Shown here piece after piece: positions 21,397 through 30,349 of a stretch of DNA of 64,000 nt. Location: NCBI GenBank assembly GCA_001769195.1, contig MEOK01000001.1:169853-233852 (forward strand). Direction: 5' to 3'. How positions within the stretch are numbered: position 1 is the first letter of the stretch; each line of letters opens with the position of its first letter. The DNA is from Bacteroidetes bacterium GWF2_40_14. Its GTDB lineage: Bacteria; Bacteroidota; Bacteroidia; Bacteroidales; UBA932. The position numbers and the translations under genes are program-made. The notes beneath the pieces are model-generated. The model was given only the letters and a program-made list of their open reading frames with translations, was not told the DNA's origin and made no database searches.

Positions 21397-23067
21397 ATGA
21401 ATAAAGCAACATTAATTTTTGCAGCATGCACGTTGTTTGTTAGCTGCACGAATCAGGACGAAATGAAGTTAAAAGAGATTATCAGTCAAACAGAGAGTAT
21501 TGTAAGGCCATTAGCCAAAGAGGCGAATCTTGCATACTGGAATGGAACAATTACAGGAGATACAGCAGAATTCAAAAAGTATTCCGATGCAAACATTAAA
21601 ATTACCCAGATTTTCTCTAATCCGGAAACTTTTGCATCTCTAAAACAAATTAAAGAGAGTGGAAAAATTAAAGATTCTCTTTTAATCAGACAACTTACCA
21701 TCCTTTACAACTCATTTCTGGCAAATCAGACAGATACAACCCTTCTTAATGCCATAATCAACAAGACAGCAGCTTTGGAACAGAAGTATGCAGAATTCAG
21801 AGCCAGCTTTAAAGGCAAAGATATATCAGACAATGAGGTTGAACGCATTCTGCAATCATCAAATGACAGTAAGGAGCTAATGGAAGTATGGATGGCACAT
21901 AAGAACATTGGACCACATGTTGCAACAGATGTTATAGAATTAGTTAAATTAAGAAACAGGGTTGCGGTTTCACTAGGGTTCGACAATTATCATACAATGT
22001 CATTGGAACTTTCCGGTCAGAATCCGGAAGAGATTTCTTCACTTTTTGATGAACTCGACTCTTTAACAAGAGGTACTTTTGATAAGTTGAAAGATGAGAT
22101 GGATTCTGCTTTTGCAATAAGGTATAAAGTTAAAAAGGAGATGTTGATGCCTTGGCATTTTCAAGGAAGGTTCTTTCAGGAATCGCCTCAACTATATCCT
22201 GTCGATCTTGACAAGTATTACAAAGGGAAAAATCTTGAACAATTGACCAGCGATTTCTACATGAGCATTGGTCTTGATGTCACTAAAATCATGGCAAACA
22301 GTGATTTGTATGAAAAACCAAAGAAAAACCAACATGCCTATTGTACAGATATTGACTCTGATGGTGATATAAGAGTACTTTGCAACGTCAGCGACAATGA
22401 ACAATGGATGGGAACAATGCTTCATGAATTCGGCCATGCCGTCTACTCACAGGGACATGATATACCGGAGAATCCGTATCTATTAAGAAATGCTGCACAT
22501 ACTTTCACAACAGAAGCAGTAGCAATGATTTTTGGCCGTCTGTCGCGCAACCCGCAATGGATGAAACAAAGCCTTGGAATTCCTCAGGAGGAGATTGACA
22601 AGATTGCAGATGATTGCAATAAGTCATTGAAATTGCAGCAATTGGTATTCAGTCGCTGGGTACAGGTGGTATACCGTTTCGAAAAAGCAATGTATGCCAA
22701 CCCTGATCAGGATTTGAACAAACTATGGTGGGATCTTGTAGAACAGTATCAGATGCTCCATCGTCCTCAAAACCGCAACTCTCCTGATTGGGCAAGCAAG
22801 ATTCACATTGCATTGTATCCTTGCTACTACCACAACTACCAGCTTGGAGAATTATTTGCATCTCAGATGCATTATTATATTGTCAACAATATTTCCAAAA
22901 CCGGTGATTTCAAAAATGAATCATACATTGGGAATAAAGAGATTGGCACATGGATGACAAAGAATATATTTAATGCAGGAATGAAATTTGAGTGGAATGA
23001 AATGATTGAGAAAGCAACTGGCGAAAAACTAACAGCTAAGTATTTTGCCGGGCAATTTGTTGATTAG
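21397..23067 (+). CDS. M2/M3-type gluzincin metallopeptidase lipoprotein
   Basis: Start at MNKATLIFAACTLFVSC (lipobox); HEFGH (HExxH), downstream TEAVA third ligand, YYHNY. Confidence 0.85.
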   Translation: MNKATLIFAACTLFVSCTNQDEMKLKEIISQTESIVRPLAKEANLAYWNGTITGDTAEFKKYSDANIKITQIFSNPETFASLKQIKESGKIKDSLLIRQLTILYNSFLANQTDTTLLNAIINKTAALEQKYAEFRASFKGKDISDNEVERILQSSNDSKELMEVWMAHKNIGPHVATDVIELVKLRNRVAVSLGFDNYHTMSLELSGQNPEEISSLFDELDSLTRGTFDKLKDEMDSAFAIRYKVKKEMLMPWHFQGRFFQESPQLYPVDLDKYYKGKNLEQLTSDFYMSIGLDVTKIMANSDLYEKPKKNQHAYCTDIDSDGDIRVLCNVSDNEQWMGTMLHEFGHAVYSQGHDIPENPYLLRNAAHTFTTEAVAMIFGRLSRNPQWMKQSLGIPQEEIDKIADDCNKSLKLQQLVFSRWVQVVYRFEKAMYANPDQDLNKLWWDLVEQYQMLHRPQNRNSPDWASKIHIALYPCYYHNYQLGELFASQMHYYIVNNISKTGDFKNESYIGNKEIGTWMTKNIFNAGMKFEWNEMIEKATGEKLTAKYFAGQFVD

Positions 23068-23089
23068 ATATCAAACATAGCAAATCGGC

Positions 23090-23120
23090 AGGCGCTTCAA
23101 TCTGAGGCGCCTTTTTTCTT
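23090..23120 (+). terminator. Intrinsic terminator overlapping the 3' end of the convergent MBL gene
   Basis: AGGCGCTTCA-atc-TGAGGCGCCT stem followed by a T tract. Confidence 0.8.
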
Positions 23121-23921
23121 ATTATCACTAATAGAACAATGGAACATGCTTCTCCTTGGCAGGCAGCATAATCTGAGTTTATCTCCTGCCGTAATCCCTA
23201 TTTCCGATAAGGAATCAAATGCTGCTTTATATGCAAGGTCAGGAGTATTGTTATTTTCACTCAAATGACACAAAAACAGCGATCTCAGGTCGGGATGATA
23301 AATCTCTTTCAATGCTTTTGCTGTTTCATTGTTGCAAAGATGTCCCTTTCCATTGCTGATTCTTTCAATTAGAACCTTTGGATAACTGCCACCAACAAGC
23401 ATATCATAATCATAATTTGATTCCAGTATCAAATGGTTGGCTCTCTTTGCATAACTGATTATTTCATCAGTGATCTTTCCAGCATCGGTAATAAGAGTGA
23501 ATTTTTCCCCAAAAAAATCAATATGAAAGCCAATAGTATCAGTAGCGTCATGTGAAATTTCAAAAGGAGTTATTTTGACCCCTTTATATTCATACTCCTG
23601 GTCTTTTACAATAATCCTGCGGCAATCAATCAATGTCCCCCTGGTGCAAGGGTGGTACAAAAGAGAATTATGGAGTTCTTCAGTTGCCCAGACAGGAATC
23701 CGGTAACGATCTGAAAATGAACCCAGATGTTTTACATGATCAATATGGTCATGTGTAACGAGTATCAGGTCAATAAGCCCAATCGGAATATTACATTCAG
23801 CGAGTCTCTTCTTTATTGTTCTTACTCCTACTCCCACATCAATCAAAATAGAAACATCTTCATTACCAATATAGTAACAATTTCCATTACTTCCGCTTGA
23901 TAAGCTTATAAAGTTTATCAT
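23097..23921 (-). CDS. MBL-fold metallo-hydrolase (YycJ/WalJ-like)
   Basis: SGSNGNCY, THDHIDH (HxHxDH), SHDA, TDAG, LESNYD, GHLCN and CHLSENNN motifs. Confidence 0.9.
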   Translation of the reverse strand: MINFISLSSGSNGNCYYIGNEDVSILIDVGVGVRTIKKRLAECNIPIGLIDLILVTHDHIDHVKHLGSFSDRYRIPVWATEELHNSLLYHPCTRGTLIDCRRIIVKDQEYEYKGVKITPFEISHDATDTIGFHIDFFGEKFTLITDAGKITDEIISYAKRANHLILESNYDYDMLVGGSYPKVLIERISNGKGHLCNNETAKALKEIYHPDLRSLFLCHLSENNNTPDLAYKAAFDSLSEIGITAGDKLRLCCLPRRSMFHCSISDNKKKGASD

Positions 23922-24529
23922 AGCATATTTCTTATTGCTGTTTCCAAATCACTCTCCTGTGTTGCCAGTAATGTTTTATATCCTAATAAAGATGCAGAAG
24001 CTAAATTTGCAGGTCCGTCATCAATAAAGAGAGTTTCATTAGCATCAATGGATGCATCCTCGAGAACTTTTGCGAAGATTCCCGCATCTGGTTTAGCCAT
24101 TTTCATTTGGTATGACAGGAACATTCTATGGAAATAGTCTTCCATTTTCTTGCCTTCAGTTTCAAAGAATGGTTTGACTGCCTTCATTGCGATAGGGTTT
24201 GTATTGCTTAGCAAGAAAATATTGTATCTGTTTTTTAATCTACTTATTGTTTGAAGTTTCTTTGTGGGTATCTCAACAAGAAAATCAGACATTGCCTGAT
24301 CAATTTCTGAATCGGTCACCTTATTTTTGATATTATCTCTTATAAATGACCTGAATTCATCTTCAGTTATTAGTCCTAACTCAAAATCCAGAAAGGGACC
24401 CTTTTGAACAAACTCATTAAGAATTCTTCCAAAATCATCAAATCCCAATTTTCTGAATGATTCTATGCAGGCATTTTTATCTAATCTTACAATTACACCA
24501 CCTAAATCAAATATAATATTCTTTATCAT
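23918..24529 (-). CDS. HAD-family phosphatase
   Basis: IFDLGGV, LLSNTN, KPD and FIDD motifs. Confidence 0.9.
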   Translation of the reverse strand: MIKNIIFDLGGVIVRLDKNACIESFRKLGFDDFGRILNEFVQKGPFLDFELGLITEDEFRSFIRDNIKNKVTDSEIDQAMSDFLVEIPTKKLQTISRLKNRYNIFLLSNTNPIAMKAVKPFFETEGKKMEDYFHRMFLSYQMKMAKPDAGIFAKVLEDASIDANETLFIDDGPANLASASLLGYKTLLATQESDLETAIRNML

Positions 24530-24536
24530 TTCAACA

Positions 24537-25583
24537 TTAAAAGTTATATGGGTATTTATAAATACCTTTTTCTGTAATTATACCGGTAATATTCTCTGAC
24601 CGTGTAATGTCAAATGCTGGATTATATACCTTAACTCCTCTTGGAGCCACACTGGATTTAAACATCAGATCTGTCACTTCATATGAAGGTCTCTCCTCTA
24701 TAATAATGTCGTCACCACATATGCAATTATCATCTATCGAAGAAGATGGTCCTAAAATATAGAATGGTATTCCCATATTTTTCGCTATAACGGCAAGGCC
24801 TGCTGTGCCAATCTTGTTGGCTACATCGCCATTTTTTGCTATCCTGTCACATCCTGTGAATACTATATCTATCCAGCCCTTGTCCATAACAGAATATGCC
24901 ATGTTGTCGCAAATTAAGGTTACATCAATACCATATTTCATCAGTTCGAATGCAGTCAGCCTTGAACCCTGCAATAAAGGTCTTGTTTCGTCAGCATAGA
25001 CTCGTATGTTATATCCGGCATCCTTTGCAAGATAAACAGGCCCTAATGCTGTTCCTAGTCTGGATACAGCAAGATGGCCTGCATTGCAGTGTGTAAGAAC
25101 TCCCATACCTGGTTTCAAAAGTGTCAGACCATACTCCGAGATGGATCCGCACATCTCTACATCCTCTGCCTTTATAGCATTAGCCTCCTCAAACATACAT
25201 TTTAATAACTCATCTGTTGTCCTATCTGGAAACTCCAATAACGATAATACCTTTTTTTTCATCCTCATCAGTGCCCATGAAAGATTTACAGCAGTGGGTC
25301 TGGATGAATTTAGTCTTGATATCACCTCCAGTGTTCTTGTTTTAAAACTATTTACATTCAATGACTTCTCTCTGTTCATAATAACACAGAGTCCAAATGC
25401 TGCAGCTATTCCAATTGCCGGTGCACCTCTTACTTTAAGAGTATATATCGCATCAAAAATTTCATTCTCTTCATTTAATTGAAGAAACACTTCTTTTGCC
25501 GGAAGTTGAGTTTGATCTAAAATGACCAGTAGAGAATTGTCCGAGGAGATATCGACCGAATCGTATGGAAATGACAATTCCAT
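24537..25583 (-). CDS. mtnA: S-methyl-5-thioribose-1-phosphate / 5-deoxyribose-1-phosphate isomerase
   Basis: ILDQTQLP, VRGAPAIG, SRPTAVNL, THCNAG, DETRPLLQGSRLT and GCDRIAKNGDVANKIGT motifs. Confidence 0.95.
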   Translation of the reverse strand: MELSFPYDSVDISSDNSLLVILDQTQLPAKEVFLQLNEENEIFDAIYTLKVRGAPAIGIAAAFGLCVIMNREKSLNVNSFKTRTLEVISRLNSSRPTAVNLSWALMRMKKKVLSLLEFPDRTTDELLKCMFEEANAIKAEDVEMCGSISEYGLTLLKPGMGVLTHCNAGHLAVSRLGTALGPVYLAKDAGYNIRVYADETRPLLQGSRLTAFELMKYGIDVTLICDNMAYSVMDKGWIDIVFTGCDRIAKNGDVANKIGTAGLAVIAKNMGIPFYILGPSSSIDDNCICGDDIIIEERPSYEVTDLMFKSSVAPRGVKVYNPAFDITRSENITGIITEKGIYKYPYNF

Positions 25584-26239
25584 TACTTAAAAAATCTTTT
25601 TTTGAGTTCGAGTAGTTGAGTAAGTTGTTTGTAGGAAAATTGTCTGGGAACAGCTTTTCTTGAATCAATCAGGTGTGATATTTTGCAGTGAGTTTCAACA
25701 ATTTCTGTCCTCCAGTATGCATCTCTTATACTTTCACCCCATGTAAGAAGACCATGATTTTGAAGTACGAGAACATTTTTCCCTCTTGAAAGAGTCTCTA
25801 CCTGTGATGCCAATTCATCTGAACCAGGGAGTGAATATGGCGCAAATATCATATCACCAATCCAAATAATTGCCTCAGGGCTTAAAAGTTGTGTAGGAAA
25901 ATGATCTGTATAGGCATATGAGCATGTGTAAGGCGGATGTGAATGTATTACTGACTGTGCCGATGGATTAGCCTTGTATACAGAAAGATGGGAAGATATT
26001 TCTGAAGTAACAATATTCTCTCCATAAAGCTGGACCCCGTTTTTGTCAATAATTGTAAGATCGTCAACTGTCAATCCTTTTTTTGAGTATAATGTTGGAG
26101 TAGCAACTATCAGAAATTCAGAGATCTTTAGCGTAACATTCCCCCCGTTTCCTTCAACAAAAGCTTTTTGCCATAGAAGATCTGAGTAGTAACATACACT
26201 CTCAGCTTCCGGATAATATTTTTTTGGTATTGGAGGCAT
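25583..26239 (-). CDS. Class II aldolase/adducin family protein (Ald2/DrdA/FucA-like)
   Basis: GNGGNVT, ATPT, TSE...H, HSH and QNHG Zn ligands. Confidence 0.88.
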   Translation of the reverse strand: MPPIPKKYYPEAESVCYYSDLLWQKAFVEGNGGNVTLKISEFLIVATPTLYSKKGLTVDDLTIIDKNGVQLYGENIVTSEISSHLSVYKANPSAQSVIHSHPPYTCSYAYTDHFPTQLLSPEAIIWIGDMIFAPYSLPGSDELASQVETLSRGKNVLVLQNHGLLTWGESIRDAYWRTEIVETHCKISHLIDSRKAVPRQFSYKQLTQLLELKKRFFK

Positions 26240-26253
26240 AATTCTGATATTAA

Positions 26254-27075
26254 TTATAAATTAGTGACCAAGTTAATAAATAATTGCGACATTTTTTCTG
26301 CAGCCTTGTTTGCAGCATCAATAACATCGTTTCCATCATTGACAAAGTCTTCTGCAAAGGAAAATGCCTCGTTGGTAATGACAGATACTCCAAAAACCGG
26401 AATATTTGAGTGTCTTGCAACAATAACTTCCGGTACAGTTGACATACCAACAGCGTCCGCTCCTATTTTTGAAAAGAATCCATACTCTGCCGGTGTCTCA
26501 TAAGTTGGACCTGTACCAGCGAGATAAACACCCTTTTGCAAACTTATCTGAAGTTTAAGGGCAATTCCCTCAGCTTTTTTTATTAAACCAAGGTCATAAG
26601 GTCTTGTCATATCCGGGAACCTCGGACCAAAATCATCAAGATTTTTCCCAATTAGTGGATTAGGCATTAAATTAATGTGGTCCCTGATTATCATAAGGTC
26701 TCCTACTCTGAATGAAGGATTTACTCCACCAGCAGCATTTGAGACAAAAATATAGCTGACCCCGAGTTGCTTCATTACTCTGATTGGCAATGTTACCTGG
26801 TCCATACCATAACCCTCATAATAATGAAACCTACCTTGCATAGCCACAACAAACTTGCCTCCTATCTCTCCAGCGATAAGATTTCCTTTATGACCAATGG
26901 CTGTTGACTGTGAAAAATGGGGAATAGTTGAATAAGGGATAACAATTTTATTATCAATCTTTTCTGCAAGATCTCCAAGTCCACTGCCCAATACAATCCC
27001 TACAAATGGTATCTTTCCCGAAATTCTTTTTTTTATAAACTCAGTAGCTGAATTTATTTTTTCTACGTATTCCAT
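26254..27075 (-). CDS. Purine nucleoside phosphorylase (trimeric, inosine/guanosine type)
   Basis: [29 protein letters not shown] and SVITN (Asn243 equivalent) motifs. Confidence 0.93.
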   Translation of the reverse strand: MEYVEKINSATEFIKKRISGKIPFVGIVLGSGLGDLAEKIDNKIVIPYSTIPHFSQSTAIGHKGNLIAGEIGGKFVVAMQGRFHYYEGYGMDQVTLPIRVMKQLGVSYIFVSNAAGGVNPSFRVGDLMIIRDHINLMPNPLIGKNLDDFGPRFPDMTRPYDLGLIKKAEGIALKLQISLQKGVYLAGTGPTYETPAEYGFFSKIGADAVGMSTVPEVIVARHSNIPVFGVSVITNEAFSFAEDFVNDGNDVIDAANKAAEKMSQLFINLVTNL

Positions 27076-27086
27076 AATTAAAAAAT

Positions 27087-28340
27087 TTATAATAAATCCA
27101 TATACAGTTTATTGGCCATACGAAGAATTTCTTGTTCTCCCTCAATTATTCTGTTTTCCATCAATATCTTACCATCACATATAACGGTATCGACACAAGA
27201 ACTATTGGCAGAATAGATAAGGTTTGCCAGGAAATTTATGTTTGGAGTAAAAGCAACTGAATTTGTGTCTATTATTACCAAATCTGCCAGATAACCCTCT
27301 TCTATGACTCCGCATTTAATTCCAAGTGACTTACCTCCATTAACAGTTGCAAGTGAAATGAGTTCATCAAGAGGCAATTCTCTCGGATCTCCTCTCCACC
27401 CTTTCTGCACCAATGCAGTTGTTTTCATGGTCTCAATCATATCAAGATTATTCGATGATGCACAACCATCTGTCCCCAGAGAAACAGTTAAACCCGCATC
27501 TCTGAACTCGTTATATCTGAATTTATAGCCGGATGCAATTTTCAGGTTAGAATTGATATTGTGAACTATTTTCACGTCTCTTTTTGCAAGTAAGTCAATA
27601 TCTGCATCATCCATCCAAAGGCAATGGGCTGCTATCATTTTTGAGTTAAGCACCCCTAACTGCTCAAGATAATACGTGGAACTAACTCCATGCATTGCTA
27701 ATGACCTATCGTTTTCTCCTTTAGTCTCCGAAAGATGAATATGGACAAGCATATCTCTCTTCTGAGCGAATTCGCTGGCCCACACAATCATATTTCTTGA
27801 AACACTGTATGGTGCATGCAATCCAATTGCAAATTTGTTTCTACTGCTCCATTTACCAGACAGTTCATACATTTTTTCACACTCATACTTGATTTTTTCT
27901 GAATTCGATTCATCAAGAAGATCCAAAATTACATATGGCTGGAAAGATCTCATACCCATCTCGTCAGCAGCTTGTACTGCATATGGAAGACTCCAGTACT
28001 GATCATTAAAACATGTAGTTCCCGATTTTATCATCTCCAGACAGGCAAGTTTTGTTCCCCAATATACCATCTCGTCTGTAAGTTTTCTCTCTGTTGGCCA
28101 TATTTTTGACTCAAGCCATTCCGTAAGCGATAAATCCTCACCAATACCTCTCATCAAAGTCATGGCAGCATGAGTATGCATATTTACCAACCCCGGTATC
28201 ACCGATCGTCCATTTCCATTAATAATTCTATCAGCCTGAAAATCTATATCTTCCGAAATTTTGTCAATAAGATTGTCTTTTATCAGGATGTCTGTTAATT
28301 TGTTATTTAAGACTATATTTTTTATTAATATCGATTTCAT
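27087..28340 (-). CDS. Amidohydrolase, MTA/SAH/5'-deoxyadenosine deaminase-like (MtaD/DadD)
   Basis: [33 protein letters not shown] and [14 protein letters not shown] motifs. Confidence 0.85.
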   Translation of the reverse strand: MKSILIKNIVLNNKLTDILIKDNLIDKISEDIDFQADRIINGNGRSVIPGLVNMHTHAAMTLMRGIGEDLSLTEWLESKIWPTERKLTDEMVYWGTKLACLEMIKSGTTCFNDQYWSLPYAVQAADEMGMRSFQPYVILDLLDESNSEKIKYECEKMYELSGKWSSRNKFAIGLHAPYSVSRNMIVWASEFAQKRDMLVHIHLSETKGENDRSLAMHGVSSTYYLEQLGVLNSKMIAAHCLWMDDADIDLLAKRDVKIVHNINSNLKIASGYKFRYNEFRDAGLTVSLGTDGCASSNNLDMIETMKTTALVQKGWRGDPRELPLDELISLATVNGGKSLGIKCGVIEEGYLADLVIIDTNSVAFTPNINFLANLIYSANSSCVDTVICDGKILMENRIIEGEQEILRMANKLYMDLL

Positions 28341-28445
28341 ACATTTTTCTTTAATCTTGTAAAAATAGTTAGATTTTTGTAGTAACTCAAATATTTTTTG
28401 CTAATATTGTTATCAAAACCAATTTAACGCTCTAAAAATATTATT

Positions 28446-28604
28446 ATGAAATACATTTGCGTTGTATGCGACTATATCTATGATCCACAGCTAGGTGATC
28501 CTGATGGAGGAATAGCTCCAGGTACCGAATTCAAAGATATTCCTGATGACTGGGTATGTCCCCTGTGTGGAGTAGGAAAAGAGGATTTTGAGCCACTTCA
28601 ATAA
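28446..28604 (+). CDS. Rubredoxin (52 aa)
   Basis: Not in ORF track. Hand translation: [52 protein letters not shown], with two CxxC motifs and the classic rubredoxin pattern. Confidence 0.97.
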   Translation: MKYICVVCDYIYDPQLGDPDGGIAPGTEFKDIPDDWVCPLCGVGKEDFEPLQ

Positions 28605-28630
28605 TTGGAAACTAAAAACAAAGGAGATAT

Positions 28631-30268
28631 ATGAGGCTGATCTGGTTAGATATTAATGCCTCTTACTCACACTCTTCGCTGGCTCTTCCGGCACTCCATG
28701 CGCAACTAACAGATTATCAATCAGAAACTTTAGTATGGCATGTTGTATCAGGAACAATTAACAGTGATCCTTCACTATTATTGCTTGAAATATCAGATTT
28801 TAACCCCGATATAATTCTTTCTACTGCATGGCTGTTCAACCATACATTTATCCTTAATTTATTAGGGCGCTATAAAAGGTTGAACCCAAGTGCATCAATA
28901 ATTATTGGAGGGCCAGAATTCTTTGGAGAAAACAAAGGTTATCTGACAACAAACAGATTTATAACTGCCGTTTTCAGAGGAGAGGGTGAAGAGTCCTTTC
29001 CGTTATTGGTTGACACCCATTTTAAACCTTCATTTTGGAACATAATACCAGGGATGTGCTGGATAAATGAGAGTGGGGACTATGTCGATAATGGAGAGGC
29101 GCTAGTTTCTCATTTTTCAATGCTCAAACCTCCTGAAACATCGCGCTTCTTTAGCTGGGGCAAGCATTTCGCTCAAATAGAAACATCAAGGGGTTGCTTT
29201 AACAGCTGTACTTTTTGTGTCAGTGGGGGGAGCAGAAAGGTACAAAATATTACTCCATCTAAAATTCGTGAAAGACTCAATTTTTTCTTTCTCAAAGGGA
29301 TAAAGGAGATAAGGGTATTGGACAGAACATTCAATGCTAACGCTGAAAGAGCGGAAGAACTTCTTGATGTATTCAACGATTTCAAAGGGAAAATGAGATT
29401 CCATCTGGAAATCCACCCTGCACTACTGTCAGAAAATGTCAGAAGAAAACTCGCGATGGTAGAACCAGGATTATTGCACCTGGAGGCAGGACTGCAGAGT
29501 CTGGACAACAACGTTTTGATAGCATGTAAAAGAGCAGGCAGCAGCGAGAAATCTGTTGAAGGAGTGAAATTTCTTGTCTCATTAGATAAATTCGAGCTGC
29601 ATGTCGACCTGATAGCGGGACTACCTTTTTATACTTATGCTGCAATAATTGAAGATGTCAAATTTTTACTAACACTTGGGGTAGAGGAGATTCAGATTGA
29701 GCTACTCAAGCTTCTTCCCGGAACTAAACTTAAAGAAGATGCTTATAAATATGAAATTGTCTACTCTCCCACTCCACCATATGAAGTTCTTAAAACCAGC
29801 ACAATATCTGTTAATGAACTGCATAAAGTAACCATTCTCTCAAAAATGATAGACATTTGGTACAATAACACAATCTGGCGTGATACCTTCAAAAAACTGC
29901 ATCAGGAAAATCCAACATTTTTAGAAGCATTTTTAGATAATGTGTTGACAAATAATTTGCTTTGTAACAGACTTAGTCAGGAAAACAACGGTATATTGCT
30001 TTACGAATTCTGTATAGAATATTATAAAAAAGCAGTTTTTGATGTAGCCTCAGCTTGGGTAATTGCAGGTTTTTCTCTCAAGAAAGGACCGGGTAAATTA
30101 GCAGAACCATGGATCAGAGGTATATCAAAGGAGAATAATCCATTATATAACAAGTCTGAAGAGCCAAATATGTTTAATTATTATTACATTCAAGGAGAAA
30201 ATGAAAAACTTTGGTTTGCTATGGACAAGAAAGACAAAAAGGGCAAACCAGCAAAAATTTATTTATAA
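28631..30268 (+). CDS. B12-binding-domain radical SAM protein
   Basis: N-terminal cobalamin-binding-like region (IIIGGPE, GEGE), ETSRGCFNSCTFC (CxxxCxxC), DRTFN, HVDLIAGLP and PPYEVL motifs. Confidence 0.88.
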   Translation: MRLIWLDINASYSHSSLALPALHAQLTDYQSETLVWHVVSGTINSDPSLLLLEISDFNPDIILSTAWLFNHTFILNLLGRYKRLNPSASIIIGGPEFFGENKGYLTTNRFITAVFRGEGEESFPLLVDTHFKPSFWNIIPGMCWINESGDYVDNGEALVSHFSMLKPPETSRFFSWGKHFAQIETSRGCFNSCTFCVSGGSRKVQNITPSKIRERLNFFFLKGIKEIRVLDRTFNANAERAEELLDVFNDFKGKMRFHLEIHPALLSENVRRKLAMVEPGLLHLEAGLQSLDNNVLIACKRAGSSEKSVEGVKFLVSLDKFELHVDLIAGLPFYTYAAIIEDVKFLLTLGVEEIQIELLKLLPGTKLKEDAYKYEIVYSPTPPYEVLKTSTISVNELHKVTILSKMIDIWYNNTIWRDTFKKLHQENPTFLEAFLDNVLTNNLLCNRLSQENNGILLYEFCIEYYKKAVFDVASAWVIAGFSLKKGPGKLAEPWIRGISKENNPLYNKSEEPNMFNYYYIQGENEKLWFAMDKKDKKGKPAKIYL

Positions 30269-30349
30269 AACTAACTCATCTAATAATATTAACCTAAAAT
30301 CAATTTTTTCGTTACTTATTATTATATTTGTGGCCAAAATTCTTTAAAT

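Noticed and set aside
24537-28340. Complete canonical methionine salvage pathway
   Set aside because: No enolase-phosphatase, acireductone dioxygenase or transaminase is present, and the aldolase-family gene looks more FucA/Ald2-like than MtnB-like.
28621-28633. Resemblance to the T7 gene 10 leader (vector contamination)
   Set aside because: Only AAGGAGATAT matches, and the flanks are continuous native-looking coding sequence.
28631-30268. Radical SAM protein as the sulfatase maturase (anSME)
   Set aside because: It has an N-terminal B12-binding-like domain and lacks the Cys-rich SPASM C-terminus of anSME.
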